64,000 nucleotides of DNA. Source: Azolla caroliniana. Its lineage: Eukaryota; Plantae; Polypodiophyta. How positions within the stretch are numbered: the stretch's first letter is position 1; every line of letters begins with the position of its first letter. Below the pieces are notes generated by a model. It did no database searches. It saw nothing but the letters and a program-made list of their open reading frames with translations, and had not been told where the DNA came from. Both the position numbers and the translations under genes were made by a program. The stretch covers positions 124,001 to 188,000 of the forward strand of contig JBHGNT010000039.1 in the NCBI GenBank assembly GCA_043228905.1, written 5' to 3'. Shown one piece after another: positions 13,341 to 20,558 of this stretch.

Positions 13341-13702
13341 GAAGAGCCGGATAAAGAGACATAAATGTAAAAAGAAAGGAAATACTCACTACTGCGCAGG
13401 GCGTGATTCGAACTCTGCACCTCCACGTTGACAAACCCCAACCTTACCATTACATTAACTTATCTTAAGTGTTTTAAATATAGATTTAATACGTATAAGA
13501 CCTTTATTTATGCATACCTTTATTAAAAGGTAAATCGTGTATTTTTTTAATATATGAAAAAGAAAAACGCGAGACACTAAAAATAACTCATGCACATCTA
13601 GCGTGCATGAGCCCTATACTTAGGAAATAAAAAGCATCACATGCACATTTAGTGGACATGAACACTAAAAAAAAAAGCATGAAGCCATGCTTAGCTCTTC
13701 CT

Positions 13703-13716
13703 TCCTTATATAAGGA
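13703..13716. promoter_or_regulatory. Candidate LTR TATA box inside a perfect 14-bp palindrome
   Basis: TCCTTATATAAGGA contains TATATAA on both strands and lies ~275 bp before the LTR end. The copy in the other LTR is at 20271-20284. Confidence 0.6.
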
Positions 13717-13994
13717 GGAGAGAAATATGTAAAGGGTTGTTGATTATTTGGATTAAGTATTAATTAATACAAAAATTATTCGTGGGATTCACGATTTATA
13801 CGTCTACTTCTCTCTTAACACCCTAAGTACCAATTAATATAGTATACTCGTGTGATTCACGAGTTTCTTATCTTTCTCTTCGTTATTTATTCATAATTAA
13901 TCTCTATCTCACGAACTTCTTTCTCCTAGTCCAAGACCTCTGTGGTTCCCACCCGACTCACGCAACGATCCGGAGCCGAAAGGCACGACACAGT

Positions 13995-14012
13995 TGGTGA
14001 ACCCGACGTGAA
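13995..14012 (+). other. Primer binding site complementary to the 3' end of plant cytosolic tRNA-Trp(CCA)
   Basis: TGGTGAACCCGACGTGAA is the reverse complement of TTCACGTCGGGTTCACCA, the 3' 18 nt of plant tRNA-Trp as recalled from Arabidopsis. It lies 4 nt (CAGT) after the LTR end. Confidence 0.88.
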
Positions 14013-14052
14013 GACGGGTGGCAAGGAGGTGGAGGCTCAACAAGCTAACAAT

Positions 14053-16068
14053 ATGATGGCGATGTTCGAACGGATGCTTCAAGAACAACGCACGATGTCG
14101 GAGATTTCGGCATCAGTAGAGCGGCTCGTGCAACGCAACGGGCAATTTAATGGTAAGGATGTGTCGCGATATTTGCAGGACTACAAGGCGGAGATGCTCC
14201 GGTGCCGGGCTTCGGAAGGACTGCAAGTGACATCCTTTAACCGGGTGGCGACCGACGGGCTTCAAGGGAGTATCCACGGGTTGCAACAACAAAATCCGAC
14301 GTGGGAAGCATTCGAAGGGGCGTTAAAGACCACGTTTGCCATCGAGGACTCCTCCAAGGCAACGCGGAGGGGATTCGAGGATTGGGTGGAAACGTCAGGT
14401 AAGGGGCTGAAGGTCCTCGAAGTGTTTTCGACATTCGAAAGTCGGTTCGGGAGGTTGTCCACGAGAGATCAAACTATTCTTGCACCGGACAAAGTCATCA
14501 TGTTTTTGCGAGCTGTGGACGTCCGGGACCGGAAAGATCTCGGAGTGCTTCTTGAGGACACGACCACCGAAAGCGGCCTCACCGAAACATGGGAAAGCGT
14601 GCGGGATATCGTCGCGCGGTACACGAAGAGGGGGCAATGGCTTGCCAACGAAGAAAAGAGGGTTTCGGAACCGATTCCGAAACCGAGAACGGGACTGGAA
14701 GACCATCAACCGAGGGCTCGGGAGATTACGGCCGAGAAGGGAGTCGACGCGTCTACGGTGGAGCAGCTGCTGAAGGAGATGGAGAATCTAAAGATCGCGA
14801 TGGTGAAGAAGTCGGATGATCGCCCCACAAGCTCCAAATATACGGATCGACGGTGCATATGGTGCGATAGCGCCGAACACGATCGGAGGGATTGCGACGA
14901 CCATAAGGAGGCGCTACGACGGGATCTCATCTACTACGAGGGAAACCGGATTCATTCGATGGACTCTCGAAAGCCACTCCGACCGAACTTCCGGAAAGGC
15001 GGCATGAAGAAGGTGCTCGAGGAGGAGTTAGCGGCAAGAAGCAACTATGCGACAACCGCGGGAATATGTGTCGGGGAGTCAACGGGAGCGAAGGCGTCTT
15101 TCTGGCCGGAGGTGCTAGGAAACACCGAGAAAACCGACTCCAACGATATCCGAAACACCGCGGAAGGCGTCCGGGAAGCTACGGGATGGGAGTGCCCTGT
15201 CGACAAGAATAGCATATACGCCCTGTGTCAATTACATGAGGTGTATGTGGACGAGAAACGACGGCGCACGGAGGATGCGGCCGGACCATCGAAGATACCG
15301 GAAAGTTGGAACTCCGGAGGTAAGGGAAAAGAAAAGGCGACTCCGGCATTCAAGCTCGCCTCGGACATAGAACAACAAACCGACTTGAAAAGAGTGTTCG
15401 AGGAAAGAATCTTGGATAGCCGGGTCGATTTTTCGCTGCGGGAACTACTCGGAATAGCGAAGAAGGAGTTTCACGATCTTCTCGTGGATCTCGTGAAAAG
15501 GAAGAGACAAAGTACGGAGGAAAATGCTCCAAGGGTGAATGCAAATACCGTTTCAATGAACGACACCGAAGTGGAAGGCGAAATTCCGAACTCCCACTAT
15601 ACAAGGCCACACTGGGCACGTGCGACCACGGAGACTCCGGTCCGAATCGGCAACATCAAAGAACCCGTGCTAGCATTGATTGATCACGGATCGGAGATCA
15701 ACTTGATGTCCAAGGAGTTCTACCGAAAGGGGAAGTGGCCTATAAACACCAACCATGGATGGAAGATTCGGGCAGCCACGAAAACGACAGAAGACCTATT
15801 TGCGGCTTGTCCGGATGTGACGGTAAAGATCGGGGATGTAGAAATTGACCAAAATTTCTTTGTGCAGGATGAGGTTTCACATGCTGTCATCCTCGGCCAA
15901 CCCTTTATCACGGCTTCACGGATGGAGACGAAGGTGCTCGATAGTGGTGCGGCTTTTGCGCGAATTCGGAGCCAAAACGGAGGGAAATCCGTCCAATTCC
16001 TAACGGTGCCGGCAAATCACGAAAGGAACAGGAGGGAACTCTTGTCCCAAGTGAGAATGGATTTTTAA
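14053..16068 (+). CDS. gag: ORF1: Gag (capsid-like region + CCHC zinc knuckle) fused to aspartic protease, 671 aa from the first ATG
   Basis: The ORF track opens at GTG 13942 inside the LTR; the first in-frame ATG after the PBS is 14053. CIWCDSAEHDRRDC is a CX2CX4HX4C knuckle (14854-14895). Retropepsin motifs ALIDHGSEINLM (DHG at 15682-15690) and VILGQPF are present. Confidence 0.92.
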   Translation: MMAMFERMLQEQRTMSEISASVERLVQRNGQFNGKDVSRYLQDYKAEMLRCRASEGLQVTSFNRVATDGLQGSIHGLQQQNPTWEAFEGALKTTFAIEDSSKATRRGFEDWVETSGKGLKVLEVFSTFESRFGRLSTRDQTILAPDKVIMFLRAVDVRDRKDLGVLLEDTTTESGLTETWESVRDIVARYTKRGQWLANEEKRVSEPIPKPRTGLEDHQPRAREITAEKGVDASTVEQLLKEMENLKIAMVKKSDDRPTSSKYTDRRCIWCDSAEHDRRDCDDHKEALRRDLIYYEGNRIHSMDSRKPLRPNFRKGGMKKVLEEELAARSNYATTAGICVGESTGAKASFWPEVLGNTEKTDSNDIRNTAEGVREATGWECPVDKNSIYALCQLHEVYVDEKRRRTEDAAGPSKIPESWNSGGKGKEKATPAFKLASDIEQQTDLKRVFEERILDSRVDFSLRELLGIAKKEFHDLLVDLVKRKRQSTEENAPRVNANTVSMNDTEVEGEIPNSHYTRPHWARATTETPVRIGNIKEPVLALIDHGSEINLMSKEFYRKGKWPINTNHGWKIRAATKTTEDLFAACPDVTVKIGDVEIDQNFFVQDEVSHAVILGQPFITASRMETKVLDSGAAFARIRSQNGGKSVQFLTVPANHERNRRELLSQVRMDF

Positions 16069-16122
16069 AGCGGACTGTTGCGGAGTGGGGAAGTGATAGT
16101 CCGAGAAGCCCTGATACCCCAC
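16059..16122 (+). promoter_or_regulatory. Predicted -1 programmed ribosomal frameshift element (slippery heptamer + H-type pseudoknot)
   Basis: G_GAT_TTT at 16059-16065 directly before the ORF1 stop, then a 5-nt spacer. Stem 1: CGGACTGTTGC (16071-16081) with GTGATAGTCCG (16093-16103). Stem 2: loop GTGGGG (16085-16090) with CCCCAC (16117-16122). Confidence 0.8.
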
Positions 16123-19100
16123 ACAGGAAGAAAACTCTCGGAGCAAAACAAGTACGAATCGGGCCGGATGGGGCATCTACGTACACGGTCGTAACCGGAG
16201 GAATGAAGAAACAATACCGACAAGTGGAGGATAAGTTACGGTCGGCATCAATAATAAAAGAAGACGAAGAAATCGTGGGAGTGATCGAGGAAGTGTTCTA
16301 TGGGAATACACTACAACGGCTTGAAGAGCTTGCGGAAGATAAAAGCCAAGGGAACCGGGTAGTCCCGGTGGAATCGGTCGAGATGTACGAGATCGTTGCG
16401 AAAATGGGGCCGGATGCGCTCCGCAAAGAAGAAGCAATGGTAAGTACGAAATACAAGACCGTGGAGAAGAAGGTAAAACCGGCCGCGGGACCACTACCCG
16501 CCGATAGCGAACAAAAGAGGAAAGAAGTCTCGGGAGATCCGACACTTCGGAAGACCGTGGATATCGGACATGCCTTCACAGATGAGACCCGGAAGAAACT
16601 TCGGATCGGTGGAGGTGGGTTCCTCTTACAAGAAGAAGAAAAACGGTTTCGAGAGATGTTGGAGCAACATGGCAAAGCATTCGCGTTCACATCGAGGGAG
16701 ATCGGATGCATTGATCCAAAGATAGTGGAGCCGATGGTGATTTTCACGATTGATCATGTACCGTGGAACCTGAAGCCGATTCCGGTGCCACGGGCGCATA
16801 TTCCGAAAGTCATCGACTTGCTCAAGGAGAAGGTGGCGATGGGGATTCTAGAGCCATCAAGTGCTCCGTACTCAAATCGATGGTTTACGGTTCCGAAGAA
16901 GAATGGGTCACTCCGATTCATCCAAGACTTGCAACCGGTGAACAAGGTCACGATCCGGAACTCGGGAGTCGGTCCGATAGTGGACGAATTCGCGGAAGCT
17001 TTTGCCGGACGTGCGATATACTCCATCGGGGACCTATACTCGGGGTATGACCAATTCCAACTAGCCGTGGAGAGCCGAGACATCACTACCATGCGGACAC
17101 CGATAGGACTAGTTCGAATGTGCACACTACCACAAGGAGCGACAAACTCGGTTGCACATATGATGAACGCGATGAACAAGGTGCTTCGAGATTGCATCCC
17201 GGAGATAACGATGCCGTTTCTAGATGACATTCCGATGAAAGGATGCGCGGTGGAAGAAAAAGATGAGACTATGGATGATCGGGGATGCCGAAAGTTCGTG
17301 GTCGACCATATTCATGATTGCGAGAAAGTGTTGCGAAAGCTAGAAGATGTGCACCTAACACTTTCCGGGGAGAAATCGGCATTCGGGCAAGAAGAAATAT
17401 TGGTGGTCGGACATCTATGTGGACCCTACGGCCGAAGACCGTCACCAACAAAGATCGATGCGATTCAAGCTATGAAGGAAGTATGTGAGTCAACATCGGA
17501 AGTCCGAAGGTTTCTGGGTGCGTGTGCATTCTATCACATATGGATTCCGCACTATGCACATATAGCGGACCCGCTCTATCACTTGTTGCGGAAAGGTAAG
17601 AAATTCGAGTGGAAACCGGAACACACTAAAGCCATGAGGAAGCTCAAGAAGACACTATGGAGGGCGGAATCACTTAAGAAGCCAAGCTACGAGCGGCCAA
17701 TCATAGTAACGGTTGATACAAGTCCAACCGGTATCGGGTGGGTCATCAATCAAGCCGACTCGGATGGTTCGCGGTATCCGATCCGATTTGGAGCAAAGGT
17801 CCTCAACGAAAGGCAACGCGGATATGCACAAGTCAAAAGAGAGTTGTGGGGAGTCGTGTCGGCGATAAAATCGGATCGGGATTATTTGATCGGAGCTGAA
17901 GTGGTGATCGAGACGGATTGTCTTCCGATACTCGGGATGATGCGGTGTTGTACGATACCGGATGTGGCTATGCTAAGGTGGATTGCATATGTCAAGTCAC
18001 TTAATCCGGAGGTTCGACACATCTCGGGGAAGGACAACGCGGTAGCGGACATGTTATCGAGGGCGCGGTTTGAAGACGACATAACCGAATCAGATAATGA
18101 AGAAGTTTCTGAAGACTACTTCACGTCAGAACACATATGCCGAGTGAACGTGATCCGAGAATTCCGGGAAGAAGAATACGAGGGGGAAACCTTGATGATC
18201 GGGAAGATGCTACAAGAGGTCGAGGATTCATCCAATGATAAAGAAAGGAGAGCCGAGATCCGAAGGAAGAAGAGGCAAGTCCAAAAGTTCTTTTTGGAAA
18301 ACGGTTTAATATGGAGGACGCCGAAAAGACCGGATGGGATACCACTTCGAGTAGTCGGGACGAAAGAGCAACGAAACCGGATAATGTCCGAGTTCCACGA
18401 ATCCGATTGGGCTGGACATCGAGGAACATGGGCAACTTTTGTGAAAATCAAGCAAAGGTATTGGTGGAAGAACATGTATAAAGATGTCGCGGAGTTCACA
18501 GAAAGCTGCGAGAAATGCCAAGTCTACTCCGGGGTCCGACACCGAGATGAGCTGCATCCAACATTCTCACCGACAATCAACTTCAAGTGGATGGTCGACA
18601 TTGTAGCTATGCCGACCGGGATTGGACAAAAGAAATACTTGGTGTTAGCTCGAGAAGATCTCACAAACCAAGTTGAAGGTCGAGCGCTTCGGAGGAAAAC
18701 GTGTGCCGCGGTGTGCCAATTTCTTTTGGAAGAAGTGTTTTGTAGGTACGGCTGCGTAGGACAAGTGATTGCGGACCGGGGAGAACTCGACTCGGACAAA
18801 GCTAGGGGATTCTTCGCCAAACATGGAGTTCGGTTAACGTTGACAACGGCCTACAATCCGGAGGCCAACGGGAAGATCGAACGAGGACATAGTCCGATCG
18901 TGAAAGCACTTGCGAAGGCATGCGACGGAAGGGTGAAGGATTGGCCACAAATGCTTCCGTATGCACTATGGGCGGATCGGACGACGCATAGCTCCGTGAC
19001 CGGTTATATGCCGGCAGAACTCATGACCGGACAAGCACCGGTAATGCCAACGGAAACCGCAATCGCGACATGGACAATACTACCGTGGAAGGAAGAGATG

Positions 19101-19670
19101 AGCCGGGAAGAACTACTAGCGGTCCGGATACGACAACTGGAGGGAAGACCGAAAGATGTAGCGGAAGCGTCACGCCGACAACAAGAAGCACGGTTCCGGA
19201 ACAAAAGCCGGTTCGACACAAAGCACCGACTACGACCGAGGAGGATTGAAGAAGGAGATTGGGTGATCGTCTATGATAGTAGCTTGGACCATCAACATAC
19301 AACGATGCGGAAATTCGCGAAAAGGTGGTTCGGGCCGTACGAGGTTCGGAAGGTCTTCGACAACGGGACGTACCGACTGTCCGAGTTGGATGGAACAATA
19401 CTACGAGTGCCTATAGCCGGGAAGCGGGTGAAGATTTTCAAGAAGCGGACCGACGACAAACCTTATGTGATCCAAGTCGAGGTCGACAACGAGGAGCAAT
19501 CGGACGAAGACCACAATGATGCGGGAAGCGAAGAAAGTGGATTACAACTCATAGTCGACATAAGGGGAGATTCGGAGGAAGCTTCGGATGAAGACGGATA
19601 CGAAGAATCAAGAACTTCGGCACATACCGGAGGATGTGCGGGTTTGGAGGGGGCGAGTGTCGTAGTGTAG
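16065..19670 (+). CDS. pol: ORF2: Pol (reverse transcriptase, RNase H, integrase), probably expressed by -1 frameshift from ORF1; first ATG at 16203
   Basis: RT motifs: WFTVPKKNGSLRFIQD, DLYSGYDQ, LPQG, FLDD (17217-17228). RNase H motifs: VDTS, KRELWG, ETDC, NAVADMLSR. Integrase: HHCC (H..AGH..CEKC), D-D-E (MVDIV/ADRG/IERGH) and GPY motif (19332-19340). The frame is open from 15945 and is -1 relative to ORF1. Start given at the predicted shift site. Confidence 0.93.
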   Translation, partial: LKRTVAEWGSDSPRSPDTPHRKKTLGAKQVRIGPDGASTYTVVTGGMKKQYRQVEDKLRSASIIKEDEEIVGVIEEVFYGNTLQRLEELAEDKSQGNRVVPVESVEMYEIVAKMGPDALRKEEAMVSTKYKTVEKKVKPAAGPLPADSEQKRKEVSGDPTLRKTVDIGHAFTDETRKKLRIGGGGFLLQEEEKRFREMLEQHGKAFAFTSREIGCIDPKIVEPMVIFTIDHVPWNLKPIPVPRAHIPKVIDLLKEKVAMGILEPSSAPYSNRWFTVPKKNGSLRFIQDLQPVNKVTIRNSGVGPIVDEFAEAFAGRAIYSIGDLYSGYDQFQLAVESRDITTMRTPIGLVRMCTLPQGATNSVAHMMNAMNKVLRDCIPEITMPFLDDIPMKGCAVEEKDETMDDRGCRKFVVDHIHDCEKVLRKLEDVHLTLSGEKSAFGQEEILVVGHLCGPYGRRPSPTKIDAIQAMKEVCESTSEVRRFLGACAFYHIWIPHYAHIADPLYHLLRKGKKFEWKPEHTKAMRKLKKTLWRAESLKKPSYERPIIVTVDTSPTGIGWVINQADSDGSRYPIRFGAKVLNERQRGYAQVKRELWGVVSAIKSDRDYLIGAEVVIETDCLPILGMMRCCTIPDVAMLRWIAYVKSLNPEVRHISGKDNAVADMLSRARFEDDITESDNEEVSEDYFTSEHICRVNVIREFREEEYEGETLMIGKMLQEVEDSSNDKERRAEIRRKKRQVQKFFLENGLIWRTPKRPDGIPLRVVGTKEQRNRIMSEFHESDWAGHRGTWATFVKIKQRYWWKNMYKDVAEFTESCEKCQVYSGVRHRDELHPTFSPTINFKWMVDIVAMPTGIGQKKYLVLAREDLTNQVEGRALRRKTCAAVCQFLLEEVFCRYGCVGQVIADRGELDSDKARGFFAKHGVRLTLTTAYNPEANGKIERGHSPIVKALAKACDGRVKDWPQMLPYALWADRTTHSSVTGYMPAELMTGQAPVMPTETAIATWTILPWKEEMSREELLAVRIRQLEGRPKDVAEASRRQQEARFRNKSRFDTKHRLRPRRIEEGDWVIVYDSSLDHQHTTMRKFAKRWFGPYEVRKVFDNGTYRLSELDGTILRVPIAGKRVKIFKKRTDDKPYVIQVEVDNEEQSDEDHNDAGSEESGLQLIVDIRGDSEEASDEDGYEESRTSAHTGGCAGLEGASVVV
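19646..19657 (+). other. Polypurine tract (plus-strand primer)
   Basis: GGAGGGGGCGAG abutting the TG start of the 3' LTR. Confidence 0.85.
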
Positions 19671-20558
19671 GTTGCACACTATGTGGAAATTATATTTTTG
19701 TCCCTCCGGATAGAGAATGGAGTGCTCGGTGAGAACCGGAAGAAAACGGCATACCGGCAAGAAGGAAGAAAACGGCATACCGGCAAGGAGGGAAAACGGC
19801 ATACCGGCAAGAAGGAAGAAAACGGCATACCGGCAAGGAGGGAAAACGGCATACCGGCAAGGAGGAAAAACGGCATACCGGCAAGGAAGAAAACGGCATA
19901 CCGGCAAGGAAGAGCCGGATAAAGAGACATAAATGTAAAAAGAAAGGAAATACTCACTACTGCGCAGGGCGTGATTCGAACTCTGCACCTCCACGTTGAC
20001 AAACCCCAACCTTACCATTACATTAACTTATCTTAAGTGTTTTAAATATAGATTTAATACGTATAAGACCTTTATTTATGCATACCTTTATTAAAAGGTA
20101 AATCGTGTATTTTTTTAATATATGAAAAAGAAAAACGCGAGACACTAAAAATAACTCATGCACATCTAGCGTGCATGAGCCCTATACTTAGGAAATAAAA
20201 AGCATCACATGCACATTTAGTGGACATGAACACTAAAAAAAAAAGCATGAAGCCATGCTTAGCTCTTCCTTCCTTATATAAGGAGGAGAGAAATATGTAA
20301 AGGGTTGTTGATTATTTGGATTAAGTATTAATTAATACAAAAATTATTCGTGGGATTCACGATTTATACGTCTACTTCTCTCTTAACACCCTAAGTACCA
20401 ATTAATATAGTATACTCGTGTGATTCACGAGTTTCTTATCTTTCTCTTCGTTATTTATTCATAATTAATCTCTATCTCACGAACTTCTTTCTCCTAGTCC
20501 AAGACCTCTGTGGTTCCCACCCGACTCACGCAACGATCCGGAGCCGAAAGGCACGACA
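19658..20558 (+). repeat. 3' LTR (901 bp)
   Basis: TGTCGT...ACGACA, preceded by a PPT and followed immediately by satellite. No differences from 13090-13990 seen by eye, including the A10 run and the minisatellite copy number. Confidence 0.96.
19743..19908 (+). repeat. Same 7-copy minisatellite in the 3' LTR
   Basis: Same units at offset +6568. Confidence 0.95.

Larger units (their letters stand above)
13090..13990 (+). repeat. LTR (901 bp), shared: 3' LTR of the truncated copy and 5' LTR of the full copy
   Basis: Starts TGTCGT directly after a PPT and ends ACGACA (6-bp terminal inverted repeat, TG...CA). Followed by the PBS after 4 nt. Confidence 0.96.
13090..20558 (+). mobile_element. Full-length Ty3/Gypsy LTR retrotransposon (7469 bp), non-chromovirus type, apparently intact
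   Basis: LTR-PBS-gag-PR-RT-RH-INT-PPT-LTR. The order RT-RH-INT is the Ty3/Gypsy order. Both ORFs are uninterrupted and the LTRs appear identical. Confidence 0.97.

Noticed and set aside
13040-13450. Repetitive ORFs over the LTR minisatellite (and 19608-20018); possible env-like or extra ORF
   Set aside because: These are translations of a stop-poor tandem repeat in several frames. Pol runs directly into the LTR, leaving no room for env.
13846-13856. Satellite derived from the LTR (ACTCGTGTGAT is the reverse complement of satellite ATCACACGAGT)
   Set aside because: The match is only 11 bp and does not extend, which is compatible with chance given the LTR length and monomer variants.
11883-13990. 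Treating the whole 2108-bp direct repeat as one long LTR
   Set aside because: It starts mid-integrase without TG, and the PPT plus TGTCGT/ACGACA termini define 901-bp LTRs.
13942-14052. ORF1 N-terminal extension from GTG inside the LTR
   Set aside because: A non-ATG start spanning U5 and the PBS. ATG 14053 is the more plausible eukaryotic start, though upstream initiation is not formally excluded.
11956-19519. Numerous antisense and alternate-frame ORFs overlapping gag and pol
   Set aside because: Shadow ORFs of GC-rich coding sequence with no recognisable domains.
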